The translations under genes were made by a program, and so were the position numbers. This document shows positions 1 through 9,799 of a DNA stretch of 64,000 nt, one piece after another. The DNA is from Kiritimatiellia bacterium (GTDB taxonomy: Bacteria > Verrucomicrobiota > Kiritimatiellia > RFP12 > UBA1067). The notes under the pieces were generated by a model. It did no database searches. It was not told the origin of the DNA and was given only the letters and a program-made list of their open reading frames with translations. The stretch's first letter is position 1. The number at the start of each line of letters is the position of its first letter. The DNA lies in assembly GCA_050949565.1 (NCBI GenBank), contig JBMNFY010000007.1, forward strand, positions 1-64,000, read 5' to 3'.

Positions 1-1075
1 GTGGTACAACTACAACTCGCTTTTCGACAATTCGATGCATGCTGACTACTACGAGTGTTGGATCGATGAGACGGGTACGCTTCAATTCCGTCCTGCGGGA
101 GAAGACTGGCGGCAACAAAAGGCCACAACTGTGCTGGGTAATAACGGCCGTAACCGCTGGTATCACATTGTCTGTACATGGGACACGTTTTCCAGCAACA
201 TGGTGCTGTACGTCAACGGCATTGAGCGCGGTCGCGATATGAATGCCAACGGCGTAGCGTGGCCACTTGCCGGGCCGCACTTTTACGTCGGCGGCGGAAA
301 CGCAGGCAACTCACCTGCGCGCGGGATAGCTTCGGAGTTGCAGATCTTTGAGACGGCGCTCTCGTCCAATCGCGTGGCTGAGATTTTCGCCGAGAAGCGC
401 ACGCGGCACGGCGGACTGATTGCGTATGTGCCGTTTGACGGGACGGCGGAAGACATCGTCGGCAGCAACGCGGTGGTGCTGGGAGGCTCGCCGGTCTACG
501 TCAAGACACAGGGCGGCTTTTACAAGGGGCTGAGTTGCGGGACGCCGCAAGGCAACAACGGCGACAATGCATCAATTTCCAACGTGATGGGTTCGACGGT
601 CGGCACGATCGCGTTGTGGTACTACGCGCGTGGCCCTTGGTACAACTATCAGACTGTTTTCGATAACACCGTACACTCGGAGTATTGGGAGTGCTGGATC
701 TATGATACCGGCGTGTTGACCTCCCGCGTCAAAAACGATAAGTCCATCGGCGGTGACGTCAGGTACGATCTCGATAACCTGCGTGGTCCGAACAGTTGGT
801 ATCACATCGCGTATGTCTGGGATCTTGGACTGGGCCAAGCATGGTTGTATGTCGACGGCGTCGTCCGGGCGACCTCTATGCTGACCACCGGCGGCTGGGT
901 CAATCCGCATCCGACGCTGAACCTGGCGGGTGCGCATAAGAGTAACATGAAAGGTAACGGCATCTGGGACGAGGTGCGTGTCTACAACCGCGCTCTGATG
1001 GATGAGGAGGTCGCTGCGCTGGCGGTCGTCCCGCCCGCGCCGCCGCCGTGCGGCACAATGCTTACGCTGCGCTGA
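1..1075 (+). CDS. LamG-like jellyroll (concanavalin A-like) repeat protein, 5'-truncated by window
   Basis: Frame is open from position 2 (WYNYNSLFDNS...). Two LamG repeats (WYHIVCTWD..LYVNG; WYHIAYVWD..LYVDG..DEVRVYNRAL). Ends PPPCGTMLTLR. Confidence 0.85.
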   Translation, partial: WYNYNSLFDNSMHADYYECWIDETGTLQFRPAGEDWRQQKATTVLGNNGRNRWYHIVCTWDTFSSNMVLYVNGIERGRDMNANGVAWPLAGPHFYVGGGNAGNSPARGIASELQIFETALSSNRVAEIFAEKRTRHGGLIAYVPFDGTAEDIVGSNAVVLGGSPVYVKTQGGFYKGLSCGTPQGNNGDNASISNVMGSTVGTIALWYYARGPWYNYQTVFDNTVHSEYWECWIYDTGVLTSRVKNDKSIGGDVRYDLDNLRGPNSWYHIAYVWDLGLGQAWLYVDGVVRATSMLTTGGWVNPHPTLNLAGAHKSNMKGNGIWDEVRVYNRALMDEEVAALAVVPPAPPPCGTMLTLR

Positions 1076-1104
1076 GTATGGCGGGTCGGATGATAGGGGA
1101 ACGT

Positions 1105-1424
1105 TTTTGGGACATGATTGACGTGATGGGTGTTAGGGGAGCAGAGAGTCGAGTCGGTCGCGGGCGTCCTCGCCCGCAACAACGTGTCTTGCGGTTTTCG
1201 GTTTTATCCGCAGATTTGCGCAGATTGCGCAGATTTTTTGACCGCAGGAGGGGAGGGACGAGCGTCTGCTCGTCCGCGGGCAAGCAGACGCTTGCCCCTC
1301 CCAGCGCTCCGCGAGCCCAGATGCCGTACACGTCCACAGCGCAACGGTTCGCGTGCATGGGCGGTCCCGCCCATGAAACACGGGCAAGATGCCCGTGCCA
1401 CACCTCTGCGCCTCTGCGTTAAAA
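1105..1424. repeat. Intergenic repeat cluster (partial mosaic element, 9-mer tracts, REP doublets)
   Basis: Contains GGGAGGGACGAGCGTCTGCTCGTCC / GGGCAAGCAGACGCTTGCCCCTCCC, CATGGGCG..CGCCCATG, CACGGGCAAGATGCCCGTGCCAC and CCTCTGCGCCTCTGCGTTAAAA, all recurring elsewhere in the window. Confidence 0.85.
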
Positions 1425-1452
1425 ATGCTCAACGTTCAATGAAAGGATAAAA

Positions 1453-2283
1453 ATGAAACGGATAATGTTAGCGATGGCAACTGGGATGGTAATGGCTGGA
1501 TGGGCGCATGCAGAGCAATCACGTACGCGCTTTATTTCGCACCGTGGCGAATCGATGAATGCGCCGGAAAACACGATGGCTGCTTTCCGCGCGGCAGTGG
1601 AGACAGGGGCGGATGGTTTCGAGTGCGATGTTTACCTCACGAAAGACAATCAGATCGTCTGTCTGCATGACAGGACGGCCAAGCGTACCGGTGGGCTGGA
1701 CGTGAAGCCCAGTGAGGCCACGCTTGCCGAACTGCAAGCGCTGGATGCGGGCTCTTGGAAAGGGCCGCAATTCAAAGGCGAGCGGATGCCGACCTTGGAT
1801 GAGGCGCTGACGCTGGCGCGTGACAAATTCGAGATTTATGTGGAGATCAAGTGCGGCACGGAGATTCTGCCGCGCTTGGCCGAAGTGATGGCCGCAGAGC
1901 CGAAAGCCACGCCGGAGCGTGTGCTCTTCATCTGCTTCAACGCGGACGTGATCGCGGCCGTGCGTCGTCAGTTTCCGGCGTACCGTGCGTACTGGCTGAC
2001 CGGAACAGGCCCCAAAAAAGACGGGAAACCGGGACCGACCGCCGAGCAGATCATCGCGAAAGCCAAGGCGTGCCAGGCGTCGGGCGTGGATATGCAGGAT
2101 TCGGTGTCGATCACGCCGGACTTCATCCGCGCGGTGAAGGCAGCCGGGCTCTCGGCCCATATCTGGACTGTCAATCGCGAACCGCGTTCGCGCGAGCTTG
2201 CTGCGATGGGCGTTGAAACCATCACCAGCGACTGCGGTGCGGCGCTCAAACGGGCGTTGTACGGAGCGTCGGACGCGCAATGA
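1453..2283 (+). CDS. Glycerophosphodiester phosphodiesterase family protein (signal peptide)
   Basis: ISHRGES..APENT, GFECDV, CLHD, EIK and TITSD motifs of the GDPD family; AAGGA RBS upstream. Confidence 0.9.
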   Translation: MKRIMLAMATGMVMAGWAHAEQSRTRFISHRGESMNAPENTMAAFRAAVETGADGFECDVYLTKDNQIVCLHDRTAKRTGGLDVKPSEATLAELQALDAGSWKGPQFKGERMPTLDEALTLARDKFEIYVEIKCGTEILPRLAEVMAAEPKATPERVLFICFNADVIAAVRRQFPAYRAYWLTGTGPKKDGKPGPTAEQIIAKAKACQASGVDMQDSVSITPDFIRAVKAAGLSAHIWTVNREPRSRELAAMGVETITSDCGAALKRALYGASDAQ

Positions 2284-2291
2284 GGAGCAGT

Positions 2292-3911
2292 ATGACCAAG
2301 CAAGGGATTGTGGCACTTGGCGTACTGCTGTTGGTCGGCGCGTCACACGCGGCTGAGAGAGTGTTGAATCCCTATCGCGACGTGGACTGGGGGACGGTCA
2401 CGTACGTGCATTCGTTTTCGCATCAGCATGCGACGCACAGCCGCTTGCAAACACTGCGCGACATGGGTTACGAGCATCTGCCGATTTCTAACTATTACCC
2501 CTCGGAACCACTGTATCCTCTGCCCGAGGATTTTCGAAAGGCCAATCCCGACGTGTTAGGCGCACCGAACGCGGAACAGCACAGCACCACGGATTCGCCG
2601 ATCCACTTTAATGCCATCGGCAGCTACTACACGACCGGTTACGGCGAGACGCCGCGTGTCCAGCGGGACCGTTCCCCGATCGCGCATGTCTTTCGGGGAC
2701 TGCATGTGTTCGATCCGGCGCGCGAGCCGTGGCGCGGGATCTATCGCCTTGATCTGAGGTTTGACGCTGCCGCAAACAGTGGCGAAGCCTCGGTGCGGCT
2801 CACGGTGGAGGGGGCGCGGCAAGCTTCTTACAAAGATTTTTCCGAGCCGGCCGATGGCGGTATCGTGCGTGACCGGGTACTGACCCTGGCTTCGGCACGT
2901 TCGATGACGTTCAAAGCGACGGCACCGGAGATCCGCGTCCAGATCGTGTTTGATCCTGCGGTGACGCGCATCACCCAGTTTCGTCTCATGCAAGGAACCT
3001 ATCGTCCGTGGCGCGATACCTTCCGGGCTGCGCTCGACGGAAGTGCACGGGACGCTGAGGGGCGTCCGATCGAGGGGCTGATGTTTCCGGAGGGGGGCGG
3101 TATCACAATCAACCATCCGGGAGAGTCGGTGACCCGCCTGGCCGAATATCTGGATTTTGACCCGCGCGTGTTGGGCATTGAGGTGTGGAACCAACACGAG
3201 ATGTTCGGCGGGCAGACGTTGGAAAAGGCGGCTACAATGCCCTTCTATACGCTGTGGGACGAGGTGTTGCGGACGGGACGGCGCTGCTTCGGATTTTTCG
3301 TGAAGGACCACTGCATCTTCGGGCGCGGCCGCAATGTGCTGCTGATGCCGCCCGGCGGCGATACGGCGACACGTGAGCGTCAGGCGTTGCAAGCATATCG
3401 AAACGGCCGTTTCTTTGGCCTATTGGGCGCGATGACAGTCGGCGCAGACGGCAAGCCGACGATGCCCTACGACCAGAGCAATTTCCGTTTCACGCGTCTT
3501 GCGTTGCGCCGGGAAGCGGACAAGCCGGTGAGCCTCGATGTGTCGGTCGATGGCGCCGACACACAGCGCCGTCCGAACACGCAGATCCGGTTCATCACCG
3601 ACCAAGGGGTGGCGTGCGTCGTGGATGGCAATTCGGGGTCGTTCATCTTGCCGCGATCAGCCGACGGACGCGTGGCCTGCCGCTATGTGCGAGTAGAGGC
3701 CTTTGCCTATCCGAACACCCATTCAGGCGGGCAGACGTTGACGCCTGCCGCATTCACCGCGCTGAATGTTTTTCAGATCGCGCGTCTCCACGATGTCCGG
3801 GGTGACAGCGGCGTGGTGTACATGGATGGCAAAGACGGAACCCCGCTGGGCATTGTAGACATGCTGTTCTCACAGCCGATACAGTTCGGATTTGGAATTT
3901 GTGATTTGTGA
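2292..3911 (+). CDS. Secreted hypothetical protein, possible PHP-like metallohydrolase
   Basis: Signal peptide; HSFSHQH, INHP, GIEVWN and DH motifs resemble PHP/CehA-McbA metal ligands; GAGGAG RBS before ATG 2292. Confidence 0.6.
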   Translation: MTKQGIVALGVLLLVGASHAAERVLNPYRDVDWGTVTYVHSFSHQHATHSRLQTLRDMGYEHLPISNYYPSEPLYPLPEDFRKANPDVLGAPNAEQHSTTDSPIHFNAIGSYYTTGYGETPRVQRDRSPIAHVFRGLHVFDPAREPWRGIYRLDLRFDAAANSGEASVRLTVEGARQASYKDFSEPADGGIVRDRVLTLASARSMTFKATAPEIRVQIVFDPAVTRITQFRLMQGTYRPWRDTFRAALDGSARDAEGRPIEGLMFPEGGGITINHPGESVTRLAEYLDFDPRVLGIEVWNQHEMFGGQTLEKAATMPFYTLWDEVLRTGRRCFGFFVKDHCIFGRGRNVLLMPPGGDTATRERQALQAYRNGRFFGLLGAMTVGADGKPTMPYDQSNFRFTRLALRREADKPVSLDVSVDGADTQRRPNTQIRFITDQGVACVVDGNSGSFILPRSADGRVACRYVRVEAFAYPNTHSGGQTLTPAAFTALNVFQIARLHDVRGDSGVVYMDGKDGTPLGIVDMLFSQPIQFGFGICDL

Positions 3912-4278
3912 CATTTTCTATCCACAGATGACACAGATTTTTTTGGGGGCATGACTCGGGTTTTTCTCACACGAAGGCACGAAGGGTACGAAGGTTTTTG
4001 GAAGGCGGGCGTTCTCGCGAGCCGTCTTCCGCGCTGCGCACGGATTTAGGAGTTAGGAGTTAGGAATTTTTTCACTTCGGCGTTCTGAGTTCAGCGTTCG
4101 GCGTTCATAAGCGGCGGCGTGAAACGCCGCCCGGACGAGCAGACGCTCGTCCCTCCCAGCACTCCGCGCGAGGCCGATCACAGGCTGGGGGCGGGCGTTC
4201 GTTGGAAATCCCAAATCAAAAATCAAAAATCTCAAATCCCAAATTGTCGTCATTCCGACGCTCACCGCTCAACGTTCA
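3887..4278. repeat. Intergenic repeat cluster between convergent genes (7-mer tracts, 9-mer tracts, REP)
   Basis: TTAGGAG x3, AAATCCC/AAATCAA x5, CGTTCGG-type tract, CACGAAGG-type x3 and GGACGAGCAGACGCTCGTCCCTCCC. Confidence 0.8.
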
Positions 4279-7200
4279 GATGATAGAGGAAGCGGGTGCC
4301 GAGTAGCGGCAGCGGTTCGGGGGGCGTGGTGTATTGGTGTACGAGCGCGGCGACTGCGACAGCGGGCGTCAGCGCGGGATCGGGATTGAATCCGCCCACG
4401 CGCCAGAGCGTGCCCCAGCCCTCCAGCCGGTAGCCGCCGATAAACCCGTCGTCGATGCCGGCCACCAGCACGGTGGCCGGGGCCGCCGGCGCGGAGGGTA
4501 CGCCGCGATTGACCGAACTCACGCTCTTGGCGACGCGTGCGGCGAGTTCGGGGCCGAGCCAGGCGTTCCCGATTTCGGTCGCGTGCAGCGACTCCGGTGG
4601 TTGGTCGACCTCGCCCGCCGTGATCGGCAGGCGCAGGTGGCGGAGACCGGCAGGACCGGTGAGTTCAGTCCGCCAGGCCTCTCCCCGACGGAACACCGCG
4701 CGGTGGAAGGAGTAGGCGGCGGTCTCCCACCAGATGCCGCCGTGATTGACATACGCGCGTACGGCATCGAGCGTTTCGCGCCAGCGGTCGGGTCCCGGCG
4801 ACAGAAAGATTTCGCCGTATGGGTTGACGATGGCGAAGGTCCGCTCCGGTCCTGCAGCAAGGGCGGCGGCCAGTTCATCATACGTCGCGAGCACACGCAG
4901 TGTCAGGCCGTGTTTGCGGATCAAATCTGAGGCTTCAAGTGCGGCACGCCAAGCGGCGGGCGTGACGCTCGTCAGGGCCGGGGAGACACCGGCACCGAGA
5001 TCGATCACGGCGATTACGGGCTTCGCGCCGGGCCAGTCGCGCGGGGCGCGTGCGGCGCGTTCGGCTGGCGGCTGGATGCGCACGGGACTGCCACGCTGCG
5101 GCAGGGTGAGGCGTAATGCGCCGTCGGCCACTTTGAGGCGCATCGCAGGCGTGCCGTCGAGTGCGAGGTCGACACCGTTTGGGAACGGCACCGGGATCGC
5201 GACGGCGGCTCCCGGAAAACCGTAGAGCCACAACTCGCTGCGGTCGTCGGTGCGTTGCGTCACGTAGCCGGTGCCGTCCGGTGCGAGACCTGCTGTGAGG
5301 CCCGGTGCGTCGGCACGGAAGCCGTAGGCGGGCAACTGCGCACCCGCCACAGTGCGCGGGACATCGCCCAGATTACAGCGCAAGCGCACATCGCCATAGG
5401 TCGCGTCAAGCGTACCGTCATCCGATGCGCGGCGCGGGTCGCCGTCGGTGGCGAGCAACGGGGCACGATCATGTTTGAACGCGCGTAGCGGTTCGCCCAG
5501 ATAACGGGCGCAGACTGTACGTTGCAGACAGGCGAGCCAAGCCAGCCATTGGGCATGTTCGTCACGTGTGAGCATCTCTGGCGTGGCGCGATAGCTGAGG
5601 CTGTACCCGAGGCCCAGTGTCCAAGAGAGCACACGGTCATTGGTGACGAACTGTCCGAGGTCATGGTGCAGGAAAATGGCCTTGTCGTGCATCAGCGCGA
5701 GAGCCAGCGGAAAGATCTCCCATGTGTCGGCAGGATAGGTGGTTTTGAAAAGGCGTACCCACGTCGGTCCGTGTTCGGTCGGGACGATTCCCCAACTCAA
5801 GCCGCTGAGGAGGGTTTGGTAGTTGGCCACACGGTCCCAACCGTTCTCGGTGCCGAGCGGCACGACGCGGCTGTCTTCGTCGTTCATCGCGATCATGCCC
5901 TCGCTGTAGGCGTAGGGGCACGGAGAGGCGGGGTTGGTGTCGTAGTGCCAGCGGCGCGCACCGCACTGATCCTGAAAGAGGATGTCGACCGGAAATTCGC
6001 GCGTGAACTGCTGCACGGTACGGCGGTTGGCCGTTTTGACGGCGGGATGCCAGAGGGTGGTGGTCCAGCCTGTGTTGTCGCTATAGCGTTCGTGACGCGG
6101 CTTGCCGTCGAGCCCTTTGAGCAAGGGGGCGTCACCTTCACGCGCAAAGGTCGGACCTTTGGGTTCATCGCACCACCAGGTGGGGTTGGTGTAGGGCGAG
6201 ATCAAGTGCCCCATGGCGCGGGCGCGCGAAAAAAAGGTGCGTAGTTCGTCGGCTGTTCCGAAAGAGGGATGGGGCGGCAGATGGTCGGGGTACTCTTTGT
6301 CGAAGCCGCCTTTGAGATAGTCTGCGAAGTGGATCAGCGTGGGCATCGGCAGGCGTTCGAGAGCGGACTCCTTCTCGCGGCAGGAACCGCTCAGATAGAG
6401 CAGGGGGGCCTGCTTGAGGCGGCTGAGCGTTTCGGGGGCAATCTTGGAAGCCAGCGTGCGGGTGAGGGTGTTGGCTGCGGCGTACCGCGCGAGATCGTCA
6501 TAGACGGGCGTGCCGAGCGTCATGCGTACCGTAGGCGTGCGCCAGGCGGTACCCGGTGCGACATGTGTGTGAAAGGCGTGCTCGCAGGAGCCGCCCCGCG
6601 CGTCTCCGCCGCATCCCAGTTCGCCAGGGACGAAGATCGCTTCGTGCGATGCCGCTGCGGCCCACGGCTGCGTGACGGTGCGCGGCTGCACGCGGTAGAG
6701 CGAGGCGCGGCCATGCGTCGATTCCAGATGCATGAAATCGGCAAAGGCCGACGGGTAGGAGGGCGTGTAGTTGTAGAAGCGGGTTGGGCGCAGCGCATGG
6801 TAAAAGGGATGGCCACCGACCTCGAACCAGTGTCCGCCGGCCTTGACGTATGCGCGCAAGGCGTCGAGCGTTTCGGGCAGGCCGTCGTCCGTCGGTGCGG
6901 GGATGGATTCGCCGTAGGGGTTGAGGATGCACAGGTAGTCCGATGCGCGTGCGGCTGTCAGCATGGCGTGCGGCGATGTCAACTCGGTGAAGGTCAGGCG
7001 TCCGCGTGAACGCGCGGCGATGGCGGTCAGGCGGTCACGCCACTCGGCGACCGTAACGTGACACCAGGCGCCGCGCTCCGGTCCGTTGACGAGGCTGACA
7101 AGACCGATGCGGGTGCGCGGCGTGTCGGGCACGGCGGCGAGTTTGGCAACGGTGGCGGTGACCAGCGCGAGGGCAGTGGGGGCCTCTTCTTTTTGCACGC

Positions 7201-8032
7201 CACCGCCGATGCGCCAGAGTCCGCCCTGAGTTCCGCCGAGACGGCTTGCCGAGAAGTAGGGGCCGTTGGGGGAGTCGACCAGCACGAGATCGGCTTGCGA
7301 TGCGGTGGGAGGGCGGTTGACGACGACTGCAGTCTGATTGGCGCGTGCCACCGTCGTGGCAGAGAACCAGCGTTTGCCCTCCTCGGTCACGGTGATCGGC
7401 ACGGCGGCGTCATGGTCTTTGCGCTGCACGAGGTTATCGCCGTAAAGCCGCCGGTATCCGGAAGGGCCAGCGGTTACTGCACGCCAGCCGGATGGACGGT
7501 GCTCGGGCTGCGCCTCGAAGAAACGGTGGTTCAGAGCGAGGCCGAGTCCGGTGTTGCCGTTGTGGGGCATGATAAAGCGCGTGACCGATTCCGGCGCGAA
7601 ACGCAGGCGTCCGGGCAGATCGAAACGTAGGAGGAGCTGCTTGGCGGGAAAGAGGTCGGCGGTCAGTTCGATACCGTCCGGTCGTGCGTGTGCGTTGACG
7701 CGCACCGTGATCTCCGGGGCGCGGTATGTGAAGGTCCACGCATCCTGACCAGCGACCGGCGCGCAGGCAAAGGAACGGAGCGCATTGGTGGCGTGGAAGT
7801 TTAAAGCGCTGAGTGTGGAGCCGTCAGCGAAACGGGCGGACCACAGGCCGTCTTCGCCGCTCTGCCAGATCGATCCTGTTTGTCCGGTGGGGGTGACGGT
7901 CGTGATAGCGCCATGCTCCCGACTGAAGGCGACATTGCCGGACGGTGAAGTCAGCACCGGCTGGACGGCTTGTGCGAATGTAACCGGAATGATGAGGACG
8001 AGCGGAAACCTTGCGCGGATCATGTTTTTCAA
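4262..8032 (-). CDS. Large secreted putative glycoside hydrolase (TIM-barrel core) with two GATase/ThuA-like modules
   Basis: 1256-aa ORF with signal peptide; central FDKEYPD / PYTNPTWW / LFQDQ / GTENG motifs; two NPYGE..GGxWxE modules. Start is TTG 8032 or ATG 8023. Confidence 0.65.
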   Translation of the reverse strand: MKNMIRARFPLVLIIPVTFAQAVQPVLTSPSGNVAFSREHGAITTVTPTGQTGSIWQSGEDGLWSARFADGSTLSALNFHATNALRSFACAPVAGQDAWTFTYRAPEITVRVNAHARPDGIELTADLFPAKQLLLRFDLPGRLRFAPESVTRFIMPHNGNTGLGLALNHRFFEAQPEHRPSGWRAVTAGPSGYRRLYGDNLVQRKDHDAAVPITVTEEGKRWFSATTVARANQTAVVVNRPPTASQADLVLVDSPNGPYFSASRLGGTQGGLWRIGGGVQKEEAPTALALVTATVAKLAAVPDTPRTRIGLVSLVNGPERGAWCHVTVAEWRDRLTAIAARSRGRLTFTELTSPHAMLTAARASDYLCILNPYGESIPAPTDDGLPETLDALRAYVKAGGHWFEVGGHPFYHALRPTRFYNYTPSYPSAFADFMHLESTHGRASLYRVQPRTVTQPWAAAASHEAIFVPGELGCGGDARGGSCEHAFHTHVAPGTAWRTPTVRMTLGTPVYDDLARYAAANTLTRTLASKIAPETLSRLKQAPLLYLSGSCREKESALERLPMPTLIHFADYLKGGFDKEYPDHLPPHPSFGTADELRTFFSRARAMGHLISPYTNPTWWCDEPKGPTFAREGDAPLLKGLDGKPRHERYSDNTGWTTTLWHPAVKTANRRTVQQFTREFPVDILFQDQCGARRWHYDTNPASPCPYAYSEGMIAMNDEDSRVVPLGTENGWDRVANYQTLLSGLSWGIVPTEHGPTWVRLFKTTYPADTWEIFPLALALMHDKAIFLHHDLGQFVTNDRVLSWTLGLGYSLSYRATPEMLTRDEHAQWLAWLACLQRTVCARYLGEPLRAFKHDRAPLLATDGDPRRASDDGTLDATYGDVRLRCNLGDVPRTVAGAQLPAYGFRADAPGLTAGLAPDGTGYVTQRTDDRSELWLYGFPGAAVAIPVPFPNGVDLALDGTPAMRLKVADGALRLTLPQRGSPVRIQPPAERAARAPRDWPGAKPVIAVIDLGAGVSPALTSVTPAAWRAALEASDLIRKHGLTLRVLATYDELAAALAAGPERTFAIVNPYGEIFLSPGPDRWRETLDAVRAYVNHGGIWWETAAYSFHRAVFRRGEAWRTELTGPAGLRHLRLPITAGEVDQPPESLHATEIGNAWLGPELAARVAKSVSSVNRGVPSAPAAPATVLVAGIDDGFIGGYRLEGWGTLWRVGGFNPDPALTPAVAVAALVHQYTTPPEPLPLLGTRFLYHLNVER

Positions 8033-8721
8033 TCCTCGTATTTGCGGAGCAACTTAGCTTCAAACTCCTTTAGCGGACGTTGACGCACCATGATGATCTT
8101 GTAGCCACGGAATCGCCACCATTTGCGGACGCGCAGTTGCCAGAGCAGGATCTTTTCGCGCGAGGTGCCGAGCGACTCCGGCGCGAGTTGTGCCCAATGT
8201 TTGTAGATGCCGGAGAGGTCGAGCCGTTCCAGCAATTTTCGCAGACATGTCGGCATACGGCGGGTGGAGAGCGCCGACTGGAAATCGATCAGGGCCGGCT
8301 CGCCCGCCGATGTGACTAAGATGTTATTGGCGTTACGCAGATCAAGATGCACAAGCTGCTGGCGATGCATGGTTCTGACCTGAGCCTCTAGCCGTGTGAA
8401 GAATGTGGGCGGAAGTTCGCCTGGCGCAAAGGTTTTGAGCGCGCGGCTCGGGACGAATCGCTGGGCCAGTGCAAAGCGGTCGAGGCGAATGCTTGACGTT
8501 GGCGTGAAGCCGCCTGCCTCGACACGCTGCAGGAACGCGCATTCGCGCCGTATCAGCCAAGCACCGAGCGTCCAGCGTACTGGTAAGAGACGGGGGCTGA
8601 AGTCTTTGACAAACCACTCTTCACCGCCGACCGTGACGCGCCAGCAGTCGGCATTACACCACTTGCCTTTCTGGATGCAGGTCTTGTCAGCTTTCGTAAA
8701 GGTGTCTCGATTAAGTTTCAT
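8029..8721 (-). CDS. Protein-kinase-like fold protein (RIO/Kdo/WaaP-like)
   Basis: FVKDF, RRE, VHLDLRNANNIL (catalytic loop) and LIDFQ (DFG-like) motifs. Confidence 0.75.
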   Translation of the reverse strand: MKLNRDTFTKADKTCIQKGKWCNADCWRVTVGGEEWFVKDFSPRLLPVRWTLGAWLIRRECAFLQRVEAGGFTPTSSIRLDRFALAQRFVPSRALKTFAPGELPPTFFTRLEAQVRTMHRQQLVHLDLRNANNILVTSAGEPALIDFQSALSTRRMPTCLRKLLERLDLSGIYKHWAQLAPESLGTSREKILLWQLRVRKWWRFRGYKIIMVRQRPLKEFEAKLLRKYED

Positions 8722-8927
8722 GTGTAGTGAGGACGGTAACCGTCGAAGTCCCCCTTTTCGTACACGACCCGTGTCGTGTCGTGCGCTCCTTTATACGATG
8801 TTCGCGGGTTGTGTGCAAGCCCAGACGTTCTGGGTTGAGTTATAGGACAGGTTCGCTTACACTTCCTTTCACAGGCCCGATACAGGTTAGAGGCGACATG
8901 ACAGATGAAACGAAAGGAATGGACACG

Positions 8928-9782
8928 ATGTTGACAACGAGAAACGCGCTAATGGCGGTGGCGGGATGCTTGGGGATCGTTTGGGCGGCCTGTGCGCAGG
9001 CCGAGGTGATACCGGTCTGGCCTGCTGGCAAGATCCCATTGAAGACCAGCGATGCAGCGGAACGCGTGACGCCGTCAAAAGACGATATCGTGCGGCTGAC
9101 GGATGTCAATGAGCCAACGCTGACTGTGGCGCTTGCACCGGATGTCGGCCGTCCGACGCCTGCGGTGATGATCTGCCCCGGCGGCGGGTATGGCATTCTC
9201 GCCTGGAACCACGAGGGTACCGAGGTGGCCGCATGGCTGAATGCGCAGGGCATCTCCGCTTTCATACTCAAATACCGTGTGCCCAAGAACCGCGACGCCG
9301 CATTCTGCGACGCCCAGCGCGCCCTCGGCCTGATCCGCGCGAAAGCCTCGGCGTACCGCGTTGATCCCAAGCGGATCGGCATCATGGGGTTCTCGGCCGG
9401 CGCACATCTCTCGGTACGTGTCAGTACGGATTTTACGAAGCGCTTCTACACGCCGGTTGACGAGGTCGACGCCGTGTCGTGCCGCCCTGATTTCGCGCTT
9501 ATCATCTACCCGGCCTATCTCCATCGCGACGGGTTCACGCTGGCGCCGGAATTGCCGGTTACGGCTCAGACGCCGCCGACCTTTCTGTTGCAAGCTCAGG
9601 ATGACAAGCCGTATGTTGACAGCAGCCTGGCCTACTTCATCGCACTCAAGGCCGCAGGCGTACCCGCCGAGATGCATCTTTTTCCAGATGGCGGCCACGG
9701 GTATGGCCTACGCAAGAGACAGAAGAGTACCGATGCCTGGCCGGACCTTGCGGCCACATGGCTCCGGCGCGTGACTCAGTAG
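8928..9782 (+). CDS. Alpha/beta hydrolase (acetylxylan/feruloyl esterase-like)
   Basis: CPGGGY, GFSAG nucleophile, DD and GGHGYG triad motifs; signal peptide. Confidence 0.85.
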   Translation: MLTTRNALMAVAGCLGIVWAACAQAEVIPVWPAGKIPLKTSDAAERVTPSKDDIVRLTDVNEPTLTVALAPDVGRPTPAVMICPGGGYGILAWNHEGTEVAAWLNAQGISAFILKYRVPKNRDAAFCDAQRALGLIRAKASAYRVDPKRIGIMGFSAGAHLSVRVSTDFTKRFYTPVDEVDAVSCRPDFALIIYPAYLHRDGFTLAPELPVTAQTPPTFLLQAQDDKPYVDSSLAYFIALKAAGVPAEMHLFPDGGHGYGLRKRQKSTDAWPDLAATWLRRVTQ

Positions 9783-9799
9783 GGGACGGGAAACGAAAA

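Noticed and set aside
1048-1450. Short ORFs over repeat clusters (also ~15051-15314, 23717-24014, 43023-43991, 48636-49280, 62328-62734)
   Set aside because: They are translations of REP/mosaic repeats (recurring MGVPPM, HGQDARAT, TGKMPVP peptides).
4262-4310. GTRFLYHLNVER as a fourth copy of the C-terminal GT motif
   Set aside because: Spacing and residues differ, the tail comes from a heptamer tract, and a similar PTRFYNY follows the internal module.
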